Assembly: GCA_951804945.1 (NCBI GenBank)
Contig: OX638153.1
Span: 59,272,001 to 59,336,000 of the forward strand
Length of the DNA stretch: 64,000 bases
Direction: 5' to 3'
Source: Podarcis cretensis
Taxonomy: Eukaryota
Below are positions 21,101 through 32,200 of this stretch, in pieces. Position 1 is the stretch's first letter, and each line of letters opens with the position of its first letter. A program made the position numbers and the translations under genes. A model generated the notes under the pieces. That model saw nothing but the letters and a program-made list of their open reading frames with translations, was not told the DNA's origin and searched no databases.

Positions 21101-23197
21101 GGACCTAAAAGTGAAAAGTTGCCACCAGGATTCCTTGTATGGACTGGTAGCATCCACCCCACCCCCAATCCCACCCCGCCCTTGGGCTGCTTCATCATGT
21201 GCTCACAAGGTGCGCAGTTTGGGCATATGGTTGAAGCTGGAGATGGGGATGGTGCTGATGTTGTTGTTGTTCAAAGTCCTGCAGGAAGGAGGAAGAGGAA
21301 GAGCATCAGTGAATGCTGGAGAGAAACATCTTGACCTTTCATCTGGCTATGTGTGCAGTGTACACACAAACAAACAACGCTCACAGAGTGGCATGTGACA
21401 CTTCTCAGATTGACAGCACATCTTATTTTCAAAATCATTTGCAGCATGGGAGAAGCAAGGGCCAGTTCTAACACACCCCTACAACAGAGGATCTTAGAAT
21501 GACAGATCAACAGGTGAATTTTAGGGCACCCCTTAGCAAGAAAAGTTACATTGACTAATAGGCCAGCTTCCCCGGGATTGCATGCATATTACCTTCATCT
21601 GACCCAACACTCCCCTCAAGCTTGGGAGGAACGCCCCGCTGACATTAGTAAGCTCAGGACCAGGCTCCAGTGGTTTGCACAAGGGGAGCTACTGGGCTTT
21701 GGGTTGCCACTTGATCACTTTTGAAACCAGACCAGGTATAACGTTATTTGTTTTGCTTTGTTTTCACCACTGGGATTTTAAAAACCCTGTTAAGCTACAA
21801 TCCTATGCACAATTGCATAGTAATATGGTAGGGCAATTATTACTAATTATTACTGTTGTTGTTGATGTTGTTGTATTGATTTATCACTCGCCCTTTGAAA
21901 ACAATTTAAAATTCAACATTAAAAACAGTTCAAAACAAATTAAATACTGAAGCTAAAGTGACCTATCAACACTTCTCTAGGGAGGGTATCCCATAAAGTA
22001 GGGGCCACCACTGAGAAGGCACTGGTTCCTGGTTCCTACCAATCTAAATGATCTCAAATGCAGGCCAACAAGTAGGGCTTCTGATATCCACCTTAAAGCA
22101 AAGGTAGGTTCATACAGGCACAGCTTCTCCTTCTAATAACTTAGCCCCAAACCAATGAGGGCTCTAAAGGTGGAAAATAGCACTTTCAGTTCTGCTGGGA
22201 AGCACTGCGACTGATACAGAATCGGTGTAATACCAAAAGACCTCCATCCTTCTGGGGAGATGGAATGCTACCTGGACCCTGTATGTTACCAGCATGGGTG
22301 GGAATCTCAGGATATAACACTCTAAGTTAAAAACATTTCTGATGTGGCCTGGTGCCTACAAATGAATAGTGGCCAGGAGTGGGGTGTTGAAGGGGATAAG
22401 GCTATGGCCACCTGAGCCAGCAGATCATACACCAGTGATAAAGCTATAGAGAAAAACAGACTCTTTGCCCACATTTAGGGGTGGGCACTGTTTCTTGTGA
22501 AGAGTTAGCCCTAACCCCAGGGTGCTTCCAGACCACCCTCCCATCAACTGAGCTGGATTCTACCACAGTCATGCTTCTCTAGGCAGGGACAAACCTTCTA
22601 CAGAGCCCTCCCAGAGACACTTACAAAACTTCCAGGCCACGGAGAGCACGGAAGGCCCCTTCCTCAATGCAGCTGATGTGGTTCTTGTCCAGTTGTCTGA
22701 GTGATGAAAGAGGAGATTAATATACCTGTTCTCAATAGCTGTGCTGGCAGACCAATATCTAGGAATCTCGACACAAAGACCAATCTGCTGCACTCAATGA
22801 AAGGAGAAGAAATGCTGGAGGACTTTGCATAAGTAGCACTGGAGAACGGCAAGTAGCCAAGAGGAGGAGAGGGATAGGTATGGGTGGGTGGGAAATATGA
22901 TTTGGGGCACAACAGGCACTGCATTGTATCTGTGGGACACGTTCCCACTGCTATTATCCTATTAGTATTTGCTGTTGTAGAAGGAACTTTTGAGATCTTC
23001 CTCTACACAGTTGCTAGCCCTATGACCTCAATATGTGCATGCATGAAACATAATGCCAATCTCTCCAGGCCAATGTGGCATGCTGTGCTTCCCTATCCAC
23101 TGCCCTGCTGGGCCTGGTCACTCACAGGTTCTTGAGATCAGTAGCTCCACGAAACGCCTTCCTGGGAACAGCCAGAAGGAGGTTCTCGCTCAAGTCC
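294..23197 (-). CDS. SLIT1: Slit homolog 1, partial multi-exon CDS (24 exons, about exons 5-28; gene continues beyond both window ends)
   Basis: Spliced exons give a continuous 2556-nt reading frame of LRR/LRRNT/LRRCT modules followed by EGF repeats. Peptides [42 protein letters not shown] and [12 protein letters not shown] match SLIT1 rather than SLIT2/3. All introns are GT-AG. Confidence 0.96.
1023..1147 (-). CDS. SLIT1: SLIT1 exon 27 (125 nt), EGF1: [41 protein letters not shown]
   Basis: tgcag acceptor, gtgag donor; phase 1 to 0. Confidence 0.95.
1428..1600 (+). mobile_element. Degenerate tRNA(Ala)-headed SINE (Squam2-like)
   Basis: Head gtagttcagtg...tgcatgcagaa...ggttcaatccctggc with A/B boxes; related copies at about 33545 and 60925. 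Confidence 0.5.
2214..2377 (-). CDS. SLIT1: SLIT1 exon 26 (164 nt), D4 LRRCT: [54 protein letters not shown]
   Basis: cacag acceptor, gtaag donor; NPxxCDC LRRCT motif; not shown in the ORF track. Confidence 0.95.
3134..3172. repeat. (TG)n microsatellite
   Basis: Direct reading. Confidence 0.95.
3560..3631 (-). CDS. SLIT1: SLIT1 exon 25 (72 nt) LRR: [24 protein letters not shown]
   Basis: cacag/gtgag boundaries; 24-aa LRR. Confidence 0.95.
4115..4186 (-). CDS. SLIT1: SLIT1 exon 24 (72 nt) LRR: [24 protein letters not shown]
   Basis: ctcag/gtagg boundaries; 24-aa LRR. Confidence 0.95.
5592..5663 (-). CDS. SLIT1: SLIT1 exon 23 (72 nt) LRR: [24 protein letters not shown]
   Basis: tacag/gtgag boundaries; 24-aa LRR. 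Confidence 0.95.
5724..6052 (+). mobile_element. Composite repeat: MITE-like element (accctccaa...ttggagggt inverted ends) plus an L2-type 3' tail
   Basis: Inverted accctccaa/ttggagggt; repeated tccctattt-cattggagaaa; ggaagctgcccagagtg tail similar to the L2 3' end at about 51860. Confidence 0.5.
7513..7581 (-). CDS. SLIT1: SLIT1 exon 22 (69 nt) LRR: [23 protein letters not shown]
   Basis: tgcag/gtaag boundaries; 23-aa LRR. Confidence 0.95.
8215..8347 (-). CDS. SLIT1: SLIT1 exon 21 (133 nt), D4 LRRNT: [44 protein letters not shown]
   Basis: ggcag/gtgag boundaries; CPxxCxC LRRNT motif. Confidence 0.95.
9749..9915 (-). CDS. SLIT1: SLIT1 exon 20 (167 nt), D3 LRRCT: [55 protein letters not shown]
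   Basis: cccag/gtaac boundaries; LRRCT motif. Confidence 0.95.
10238..10381 (-). CDS. SLIT1: SLIT1 exon 19 (144 nt), two LRRs: [48 protein letters not shown]
   Basis: tccag/gtgag boundaries. Confidence 0.95.
10562..10705 (-). CDS. SLIT1: SLIT1 exon 18 (144 nt), two LRRs: [48 protein letters not shown]
   Basis: cccag/gtaag boundaries. Confidence 0.95.
11433..11507 (-). CDS. SLIT1: SLIT1 exon 17 (75 nt) LRR: [25 protein letters not shown]
   Basis: tgcag/gtgag boundaries. Confidence 0.95.
11927..11978. repeat. Compound (AAT)n(AGT)n(AAG)n microsatellite
   Basis: Direct reading. Confidence 0.9.
12715..12859 (-). CDS. SLIT1: SLIT1 exon 16 (145 nt), D3 LRRNT: [48 protein letters not shown]
   Basis: ggcag/gtaag boundaries; LRRNT motif. 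Confidence 0.95.
12999..13743 (-). mobile_element. 5'-truncated L1/Tx1-clade LINE (ORF2 C-terminus, 3'UTR, A-rich tail) with 19-bp TSD
   Basis: Uninterrupted ORF2-like peptide [17 protein letters not shown]...[11 protein letters not shown]...DWKKFKDYL (stop at 13361). TSD ctcttctcccaacattcct at 12980-12998 and 13744-13762. Confidence 0.9.
14312..14335 (-). CDS. SLIT1: SLIT1 microexon 15 (24 nt): xKEQYFIP(G), D2-D3 linker
   Basis: cacag|CCAAAGAACAGTATTTCATTCCAG|gtaag; matches the AKEQYFIP exon of Slit1/Slit2; symmetric phase 1-1. Confidence 0.93.
14792..14955 (-). CDS. SLIT1: SLIT1 exon 14 (164 nt), D2 LRRCT: [54 protein letters not shown]
   Basis: tacag acceptor; donor CCC|gtacga is weak; same length as the other 164-nt LRRCT exons. 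Confidence 0.92.
15491..15634 (-). CDS. SLIT1: SLIT1 exon 13 (144 nt), two LRRs: [48 protein letters not shown]
   Basis: tccag/gtgag boundaries. Confidence 0.95.
15948..16212. mobile_element. Non-autonomous hAT transposon (MITE)
   Basis: TIRs CAGGGGTCGGCAA / TTGCTGACCCCTG; perfect 8-bp TSD gtatagat at 15940-15947 and 16213-16220. Confidence 0.9.
16564..16635 (-). CDS. SLIT1: SLIT1 exon 12 (72 nt) LRR: [24 protein letters not shown]
   Basis: tccag/gtaag boundaries. Confidence 0.95.
17422..17493 (-). CDS. SLIT1: SLIT1 exon 11 (72 nt) LRR: [24 protein letters not shown]
   Basis: ttcag/gtgag boundaries. Confidence 0.95.
17802..17873 (-). CDS. SLIT1: SLIT1 exon 10 (72 nt) LRR: [24 protein letters not shown]
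   Basis: tgcag/gtgag boundaries. Confidence 0.95.
18159..18536 (-). mobile_element. Sauria SINE, full length, CpG-rich (young)
   Basis: tRNA-like head GGGACGCAGGTGGCGCTGTGG...GGTTCGAATCCC; (ACCTTT)n tail; TSD ttatggaccagt at 18147-18158 and 18540-18551. Confidence 0.9.
19149..19296 (-). CDS. SLIT1: SLIT1 exon 9 (148 nt), D2 LRRNT: [49 protein letters not shown]
   Basis: tgcag/gtgag boundaries; LRRNT motif. Confidence 0.95.
20095..20258 (-). CDS. SLIT1: SLIT1 exon 8 (164 nt), D1 LRRCT: [54 protein letters not shown]
   Basis: tacag/gtgag boundaries. Confidence 0.95.
20496..20849 (+). mobile_element. Sauria SINE
   Basis: Head gggatacgggtggcactgtgg...ggttcgaatccc; tttacctttacc tail; TSD tactctgcattc at 20483-20494 and 20850-20861. 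Confidence 0.9.
21207..21278 (-). CDS. SLIT1: SLIT1 exon 7 (72 nt) LRR: [24 protein letters not shown]
   Basis: tgcag/gtgag boundaries. Confidence 0.95.
21860..22232 (-). mobile_element. Old L2 LINE 3' fragment
   Basis: ggggccaccactgagaaggc is the reverse of the AFSVVAP motif also seen in the L2 at 51585; degenerate. Confidence 0.6.
22625..22696 (-). CDS. SLIT1: SLIT1 exon 6 (72 nt) LRR: [24 protein letters not shown]
   Basis: ctcag/gtaag boundaries. Confidence 0.95.
23126..23197 (-). CDS. SLIT1: SLIT1 exon 5 (72 nt) LRR: [24 protein letters not shown]
   Basis: tgcag/gtgag boundaries. Confidence 0.95.
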
Positions 23198-24665
23198 CTG
23201 CAGATGATAATTTTAAGAGAGCCATCTGTCAGTGGAGAGACAATGAAGTACGGGGGGGTTGGCAAGGTAGTGAGGCATCAGGTTATGAGGACTAGCAGGG
23301 GAATACTAAGCAGCAATGAAGAAATATTCTGCACATGCTCAGATACATGACCACCCTTATTGTTTTATATGCACCAGTGAGCTCTGGCACTGAAGAGGTG
23401 CTGTGTGTGGCCCAAAATACTGCTCTTTTCTCCAAACACCCCCCAGGACACTGGCACAGCAAACAGCATTATATTCTGTGCCCCGTTCCTATAATGAATG
23501 GTTCATCTCATGCCACTTCTGTCATGGCAGCAAGATGAGATGACTGATTGTGGTTTGAATACCTTAAGCAATTTAAATAAGAATGCATGTTTTCAAACAT
23601 CCAGGGTCCACCTGATTTACAGCAAGGTAGAAAAGCAACCCAGTAGTCCATATTAAAAATAGCAAAGGAGGTGGCCTAATGGACAATGAAGATGCATATT
23701 CCAGTCTCTGGCATCTGCATGCAAGAAACAAGGTGAGTCACACCGCGGTCTTATCAGATGCAAAACCTCTTCCAGCTCTTCATTCCACAGCATGCCTCAT
23801 CCAGTATCCCTGCTGGCCCCTTGTATCTCACCAAGAGTCATGAAGAGGCTGGGAGAAGGGAGTGGACAGTTGACACTTGCCTTTCCCAACCCTGGGAGTA
23901 GAGGCATCCTCAGAACAGAAATGCCCAGTGACTGCTGATTTATTAACAAAGATACTTGGCAATTCTATGCATCACACACAACACACACACACACAGAGTA
24001 CCTGAGTGGAAACTTAAAAGAGCACAAGCTGTGATGGTTTTTAATTGCCTTGCTGCCATTTCCTAACTTCCAAATTGTTTCGTGCAAGCCTGTAATGGCT
24101 GATGCTTATCAGTGAGGTGTCTTCTGATAAATTTCTGTATCATGAGACTAACACACACACACACACATGTGCACACACGTTATTGTGGACACAAACACAC
24201 AGCCTGCTCCACCACCCTTGCAAACCTTTTTTGAAAATAACAGCTGCAATCTAAGAGCAGGAAGAAAGTAGGATTGACACAGTACAGCTCAATCCTAACC
24301 AGGAGAGGGCAGCAGAAGCTCTTTCATTGCTGACCGATGTCACCTCTTCAATCTGTTACCTTTGAGACAGAACAGCAGTTCTTCAGACTTGACACATAGC
24401 ATTGGGGAAAGGAAGTGTGCATGACATCCTGGTTTCTTCTCCACACTTCTGCTAACAACCAACCTCTCCAGCTAAGTGGCATCATTAAAAACCCTCCACT
24501 GTTTATAATGAGTGTCCAACACTCCTTTAGACTGGACCCTTGTGTCGCTACAGGCAGCGGCTGTGAAACTTTTGCCCGCAGAGCCATGTTTCTCTCAGAG
24601 GACGTGTTTTGGAAGCAACTTTCTTCAGCCTCCCTCCCTCTGGCTCACACCTCAAGATCCCACTA

Positions 24666-24912
24666 CAGTGGTACCTCTGGTTGTGAACAGGATCTGTTCC
24701 GGAGCCCCGTTCGCAACCCGAGCAGAATGCAACCCGCATCTGTGCGTGAGCGGGTCGCGATTGGCTGCTTCTGCACATGCGTGTGATGTCATTTTGAGTG
24801 TCTGCGCATGCGCGAGTGGCGAAACCCAGAAGTAACCCTTTCCGGTACTTCCGGGTTGCCGCGGGACGCAACCTGAAAACGCTCAACCTGAAGCAAACGC
24901 AACACGAGGTAT
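24666..24912. mobile_element. Tc1/mariner (Tigger-like) MITE; right TIR interrupted
   Basis: TA|CAGTGGTACCTC left end as in the 45315 element; right end gaggtat runs into a LINE poly-T. Confidence 0.75.
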
Positions 24913-25305
24913 TTTTTTTAAATTTATTTAATCATTTTTTCGATACAAACAACCACAAAAAACTACAACAAAAACCATAAAAACAATAATAACACAATTT
25001 GACAATTCAGATTTAAATACACTGATATACCTATGACTGCCCCCTTTTAACAATATTTTCCCACCTCTCTCTCCGCCCCCACTTCCCTCCACTATCCACC
25101 TTATCACTTAAATATTCATTCCAGATTTCTTCATATTTATCCATTCTTAATTTGCGTCGACATACAATTCGTTCATATGTAGCTAATCTGTCCATATTAT
25201 CAATCCATGTGCTCAATGGAATCTTTTTGCGGCTCTTCCAATTAATCAAAACAAGGTGTGTTTTTTTGCTTGTAATATAGCACGGTACATCCATTCTTAA
25301 TTTTT
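24913..25305 (-). mobile_element. 5'-truncated L1/Tx1-clade LINE 3' end
   Basis: ORF2-like C-terminus LINWKSRKKIPLSTW...ATYERI...KYEEIWNEYL followed by 3'UTR and A-rich tail. Confidence 0.75.
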
Positions 25306-25321
25306 TTTTAATGACAATGAC

Positions 25322-25360
<39 letters not shown>

Positions 25361-25440
25361 TTATTTGTACCCCGCCCATCTGGCTGGGTTTTCCCAGCCA
25401 CTCTGGGCGGCTTCCACAAAAACCAATAATACAGTAAAAT
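25322..25440 (-). mobile_element. L2 3' tail with (ATT)n microsatellite
   Basis: ccccgcccatctggctgggttttcccagccactctgggcggct is the reverse complement of the 3' end of the L2 at 51860-51945. Confidence 0.8.
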
Positions 25441-26177
25441 CACACATTGTACTCCTTTTCTAAGGAGCATGAGATGAAAAGGCTTAGAGCTGAGAATATG
25501 TTCATCTTTGTATTCTTCTCCAATTCATCTCTGAAACATCTCTCTAACCCAGGCACTGTGGGGTTATCAGAGGCTTGACAACTTCCTGGTAATATGTGAA
25601 TGTTGGGGGCAACCAAAACACTTCCAAAGATTGACACATTTATTTATCTATTCATTCAGTTTATTCCACATGTGAATGGTGTATGCTATAAAGAGGCAAT
25701 TTACTATTAGGAGGTGCTAAAAATAGCACTAGGGTTTTCATGTGATGGGATCCCTCACCAATCTCTATGTAGCAGCAGCAGCAGCAGCAGAGACCATGGT
25801 GGGGCCTTCCAACACTTCAATTGCTGCTGCCAACTGGGAGGGGTGATGCAGTGAGGAGGCTGACATGGTGCAATCACATCTGCTGTGCCAACCTGGTCCT
25901 ACTGCTTTGGAGCCAATCTGGGGTTTGGACCACACCACCTGGTAAGCAGCAACAACAATTCAGCTGTTGGGAGGTGAGCATCACTGCCCCACCACACCAT
26001 CTGCCTTTGATATATAGATCTATTTACCTAGGCAATTTAAAAAAGAAAAGAAAATCCAGGCTCCATTATCACTTTTCTAAATTTCTTTCAGGATCACCTT
26101 AATGGCAATTTTTGACAACTAGCTAGTGAGAAGTGTTTGTTAAACTTATTCCCATGTATTCCCTAAGGGGAATTGTT

Positions 26178-26361
26178 CCCCCCCCCCAATTTTTTTATTG
26201 ATTTTCACAAAATTATAGACAAACAGACAAATACACAAACAAACAAACATACAAACATAAATCATAGCCTTATTAAAATTACACTTACTAACATGGTTAA
26301 GTGACTTCCTCGCTTCCCCTTGGTTGAGTTTCCATGCATATCCTTTTAACAGCTTTCCAAA
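26178..26361 (-). mobile_element. Short L1-type 3'UTR insertion with 16-bp TSD
   Basis: TSD cctaaggggaattgtt at 26162-26177 and 26362-26377; minus-strand AATAAA plus A-run; gacttcctc motif shared with the L1 at 12999. Confidence 0.7.
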
Positions 26362-28924
26362 CCTAAGGGGAATTGTTTCTAGGGTCTCATATGTCTGATT
26401 CACATGTGATGTTTAACATTAACCATAGTTAAAAAACAAAAACAAACCATAGTTAAAGCTGTTTTGCCACTTTACAACTGCAGATCTGTAGCTTTTGGGA
26501 CACAATAGCTCCTTAACCATATTTAAGACAGAGGTCTAAGATCACATACAGGACTAAGCTGTGGGTAATTTTAACTAAGGTAATTTTAACTAAGGCTAAA
26601 ACTACAAACCTTGGTTAAGAAGTGACCTTAAACCGTCAATGAAGCGGTTGGACTAGGTTCACGCATAACACTAAGCCATGGCTTAATAAACCATTGTCTA
26701 ATAAATCATGAATTAGCATTGTATATGAACTGGCCCCCATTCACACAATCCTATAAAACATCCATTAGGTGCATTTGGCCAGAGGCACTTGAAAATCCAA
26801 GGAAAGAACCTTTGGGAACAGGGAGCCAACATTTCTCCTTTGAAAGAGTGCATGATCACAAAACTGTTAGAACAACTATGCCCTTGTGAAAATGCCAAAG
26901 CACAAATAACATTCCCATCTAATGAGGACTTTCAGAGTTCTAGACAACTCAACATTCTGTGTTGTATTGAAAGTTTTTAAAACCCTAGTTCTTCAGAAAG
27001 TAGGAGTTCCAATCACTTCATCCTCAGAATTAAAAATCTGGGAATATTAGAGATTATTAGAACTTCAAATATTTCTATAACATTGTTACCACAAATGACT
27101 TGGTTGGAGTCCACCAGCTCTTCACAGTGACTGATTCTATCGCTATTTTTATTCACTTTTGGTTCTTTTCTTCTCCATAGTCTGGTCTGTCCCCAATCAA
27201 TAGGACTAGCAACCTGCTGCACAGATGCTGAGCCAGAGCATACTTTGGAGTAATGTAACCTTCCACCCTCCCTGCCTTTGGAGAGTTCATATTCACACTC
27301 CTCTCTTCAGGGAGGCAGCTGCCCTAGAGGTGAGTGGAAATAATGGAGAAAATCACCCTGTTTTCTCCCTCTTGTACATGTATGGACCTGTTTTCATTCA
27401 GTATCACAGTAACTCCAAGGAACATTAAGCTGCCAGTTTCCCAGACACGAATTGCTCCAGTCTTGATGAATGACAGCTTGTAGGAACAGCTTTGTCTGGC
27501 TTTAGAGGAACGTTCTGACCATTACTTGCACCATCCTGCCATCCATTTATGCTGAGTCAGATAAATCGAGACCCCCAAGAAAAGCAGCCTTATGAAGGAT
27601 CATCTCTTAGTGAGTGAAAACTAGGGGACCCCATAACCAGTATGCATACAACAAAGTATGTTTCAAGCAATGCAAATACAGAGCAGGGCAAATATCTCCC
27701 AGGCTCTTCATCTGACTTTGAACTAAATGCCCTTTAATAGCAACACAAATACGTTACTTTTTACTGCTCAATGTTAAATAGGCAATAAACAGGGGTGGGT
27801 GGGTTTCCACATGTGATGGGAATGCTCAGTTTGGACAAGGGTGTTCCAAGAAACCTCTTCCATTCTACCACAAATAATTCCAACAGAACCCCAAGTCAGC
27901 CTTATTGTTTATATTTCCTGATACAACGTGAAATATGATGTGCAAAGACTTAAACCACTTTGTCCAGAAAACATGCTGATTTCCTTTAATTATCTCTGCA
28001 TTTAGTTTAGAAAAGGTTAGCTCATCTCTTTCACCCAATGACTCCTTTAAAACAGGCATGACCACCAGCCTCTCCAGGGCAATCTGACCCAATTTCCAGT
28101 TTCAGTTGTGGTCGCATCCCATCACCAAACAAATCATGACACCGAGAGAGTTTTACCAGCTAGCCTGCACCCTTAACATTGCACCCTCTCTTTGGTCTTT
28201 GCCTCAGCCATCCCCTGTGTGCCTTGGACATGAGCCACTTGGAGGGATCCCTCGCTGGGATTGGTGCCTCGATTGTGGGAGCAAGCGAGGCCTCCCAGTG
28301 TGAGATCCTGGCCAGCACTCAGCAAGTAACTAAAGCCAAACTGTCTGACATCCATAGGACACAGCTTTCCCAGTGGGGAGCCCACTCAGGCAGACAAGCC
28401 AAGCACTTAATCTCCTGCCCTATGGGCCAGGCTGAGCCTGGTGCAAGCAGGGGGTGCAATGGTATTATGAGGCTCTCATTCTCTTGGCTAATCCCAACTT
28501 CACACTTTAACCTGATTGAGGCGTGTTTGGCTTGCCAGCCCCTCGTGCTGTTTGAGGGGATTAGGGTTCGGCTCAGCGGGATGGTAATTGCTTCCTACTG
28601 CTCCAGACCATCTTGCCCAGCCTTTAGCCATGCCATGGAAAATCCTGTCTTCATTGCCCAGTCACCAGCGGGGAGATAATGAACCTGCAGTGCAGAATTT
28701 GCTCCCCAGACTCCCCGCTTCCATCCATACCATAAGGAGGTATGAGGCACATATATATTGCACCCACAGAGGAAGGATCTGCCAGTTTGTCATGCCTGGA
28801 TTGTGTCTGCTGCATGCTGTATGTTGGTGACACTCAACTCTCTCTCTCTCTTTTCCATCTTCCAATCCAAGAGAGGTTCCTTTGCTTGTCACACTGGGAA
28901 GGAGGAGGTCTAGCCAACTGAGGC

Positions 28925-29230
28925 TGAATCAAAGAAATACAGAGGTCCTGTGGGATGGGAGACTGACTGCTCTGGAAGGAGGTTTAGAGCTGGTTCTCAA
29001 TGGGGAGGCGCTCCCCTGAAAGACTGGGTACACAGTTCGGAAGCACTCCTGGACTTGGTGTGACCTATGTATGCTCAGGTGGTGCTGGTAGCTAGGGGTG
29101 CATTCTTTGGCTGATATGCCAACTGCAGACTTATCTGGATAGGTGTAACTCAGCCAAAACATTTTGTGCCCCGCTCGCATCCAGGCTTGACAAGTGCATT
29201 ATGCTCTTTGTGGGACTGCCCTTTGAAACT
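28925..29230 (+). mobile_element. Degenerate L2 ORF2 internal fragment
   Basis: Frameshifted reading LNGEALP-LKDWVHSSEALLD resembles L2 RT C-terminal LDGVALPLKEQVRSLGVLLD. Confidence 0.55.
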
Positions 29231-32200
29231 TAAGTTTTGATAGGCATAAGGATGTCAGCTTCAGTAATATATCAGCTAGGAAGTATATAAATAAAATCAT
29301 GCCCAGCCCATTCTCTGTAGAAACATTGACTTCAGAAGAGATAAGCAACCTTACAGATATACAGGGATGGCATGGAAGTTTTCAAACACAAAACTTTTGC
29401 CCCTTTACACCAGCCTTTCTGAACAGCCACCACAGTGCCTGGACACAGTTCTCTTGCTAACAAGTGAGGAGATACCAACAACCGCATTCCTGATGTTCAG
29501 CCTCTAAAAACTTCCAGACTGCCAAAGTGATTGCCTGTGTGCAAGTGACTGTGTCTTTCTCTCTCACTCCCACCTCCATTTCCACCTCTCTTTATCGCCT
29601 TCTAGTTATCTCCTTTGCGCCGTTCAGATCTGCTTCTCCGAGAAGACAGAATTCTTATTCCTTATTAGAGTCTACATGTCGGCCTCATTTTCCTCTGGAG
29701 ACTACATAGCTAAGTGCTGGGCTCTCTCACGCCACCGTGCTATAAGTTAAATGGCATTAACCCTTCAACCAAGTGCAGGTTCTACAGATGAAAGCTTGTT
29801 GGTGTGACATTCACTAGGCAGGCTTCCTGAGGAGTGTTTTTGCTTTAATTTATCCATGTCACATAAGTCTTGAGCCAGTTGCAATCAACTCCTGGTGCTA
29901 AGCCTAAGCCTTTCCCGGCAAACAGAGGTTTTCTGGGACTGAACATGGTGGCTCCCAGACCTATGGTGTACTGGGCCCAGCTTGCTCTGACATCTGCTGC
30001 CACACCTCCAGAGCCTCCCAGATCTGTCTTTATCCCAGCCATCCCTGACCTGTCAGTCTGTGATGGCCTGTGGTGCACTAGACTCCAGCTGCATCTTGCC
30101 AGGGTTGGGAGCAGAAGAAACTCCTATGGGGCCAAGAAGGCCCCCTGGATTTTAAATGGCATCACAGCCACTCCCACCAAGCTGGTTGCCAGCACCACCA
30201 ACACAGCATGCATCCTTCAAACACCTCGCCCACCATCCCTCCCTGTTGCTTGTGGGCAGTAATTAGCACCAAAGTGGCCTTGGATCCGGCCCCTGGGAGT
30301 GACGCTTCCACAGCTGCTGGCCTTGCTGTGCCTGCTGGAGGCATGCAGACAACAGCCAGGAGACAGGTAGGATCAGCCGACAGCCAGCGGGTGGTGAAAA
30401 TGGATCGCATTTCCCAGGGGAATACCCTGCACTTGTGCCAAAGGGAAGCACACTTGCAACTCGGCTCCCCTTTGACACACTTATTTAGATTCAAAGCAGG
30501 AATCTACACCTGTGGGTTAAGAACATTGCACAAAGCACACTGGATGGCATAGAATCAACACCAGTTGTTTTATTCTGGCCTGCCATGGGGTGGCAGGCTC
30601 TTGGAGGGCATATTAAAGATGCTACTCATTGTATCGGACTGACAACACAGACTCCGGAGGTGACATGGCAACACTTTAAAGGTAGAAAGAAAGAAAAACC
30701 CAAAGGATTTTAAGCATCACAGTGTTCTGAATGGGCCTTTTAAAAAAGTAATCTCCCTCTGTCTCCCCCCAAAACACATTCAAAACTGCAGGCCAGCAGG
30801 CAGGTACTTGTAAATTCAAATGCAATTTACTGCAGCAGCAGTTGCCTCCTTCCTCTCCCGCTGTGACTGGAAAGCTGAAATGTATTTAGCCCCCTGCATG
30901 CAAATGAGATACTCTGGCCAATTCAATCTCTGTGGGATGGAATATCAGGGAAGGATCCTCAGACCTTCACCCATGTATCCCCCCCTCCCCCCGCCATCAC
31001 TGCTCCATTTAGAAATTAGATGAGAGAGCCTGAGAGTCACAGACAATAAGGGTTCAAATCTGTTTAATGTCTTAAAGAGAAGGGTGCAATGGAATTAGTG
31101 CATTGGCAGATACCTTCCCAGGGAGAAGAAATTGAGCACTAAAGAGCGAAGGAAGCACAACAAGAACTGACAGCTGGGAGGTGAAGCATGACACATCCCA
31201 CTTGGGAACAACAATGGTTATGAATTGGATTAAGCACTGGAATAAGCTGCCCAGGGAAGGGATACATTTACCATCATTCCTAGGTTGCAAAGCAAAACCA
31301 GGAGCTTTCCTAGAGGTGACACGTGTAGCCAAAGACAAGTTTTTTTAAAAAAAAAAAAATTAGAATGGGCTTAGTGTTAACAAGAGGAAATTCCCTGGCC
31401 TGTGCCAGGAGGGTGGGTGAGAGAAACCCTTCTCATCTTGCAATTCTGTCTTTGTGTTTTGAGACAGCGTTTTGTATATTAATTTGGTTTGTTGTTGCTG
31501 TTTTCTGACCAAAGGACAGCTATGTTTTACAGTGTCAGGCTTAGAGGCAAACTTCAAACATCCAGACTGAGCATAGACAATAATGGCTCTGGAATTTGTA
31601 GAGGAAGACACAACAAGCCCTTTGATCATGATTCTAATCAATTCAGGGCTTCCTGGCAGACAGGATACTGCAAGGAATTTGATGGGTTTCACATATTCTC
31701 CCATTTCCTGGTTCCCAGATTTGATAAAACCCTACATATTAAGTTTTCTCTGTAATTTGAAATGGTGCAGAAACACACTTGATTTGCTTCCAAAATAACA
31801 GGACTCAAGAGATCACTAACTATATACAACACGCACACACCCCCGCCGTGTGTTCCGTGAAGGAACAGCAAATAGGGCGACTGGATAGCACAATACCAGG
31901 AGCTGTACAGAGCAGCTTCAGATGTGACAGAGATGCAAAGAAAATAGGAAGCCTCTGCACCTTGTGCTTCTGAGGCAAGACCAAGACGTGTTTGCATGCT
32001 GCTTATTGTACCAAGGTCTTAAGAACACCCACTACAATGGGTGGGGAAAAAGTCCAATACCAGCTGCAGGGAAAAGAAGAAGCACTTTAGGTTCTGTGAC
32101 CCAGAAGAAATGTCACAGCTAGGCAGTGCTGCATGACAGGTTTAATCCAATATAAGGAATGTCTGAAATTCTTTGCTGGAACTTTATCCACCTCCCTGAC

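Noticed and set aside
26400-26735. Recurring aaccatagtta/aaccatgg motifs and a 15-bp tandem resembling an array
   Set aside because: Irregular spacing and degenerate units; looks like an old non-autonomous DNA transposon rather than a CRISPR-like or functional array
29845-30552. Cluster of overlapping 70-130 aa ORFs, one with KMDRIS (natriuretic-peptide-like)
   Set aside because: Lacks the CFG...GLGC ring, has no supported exon structure and no recognisable homology; expected by chance in GC-richer intron
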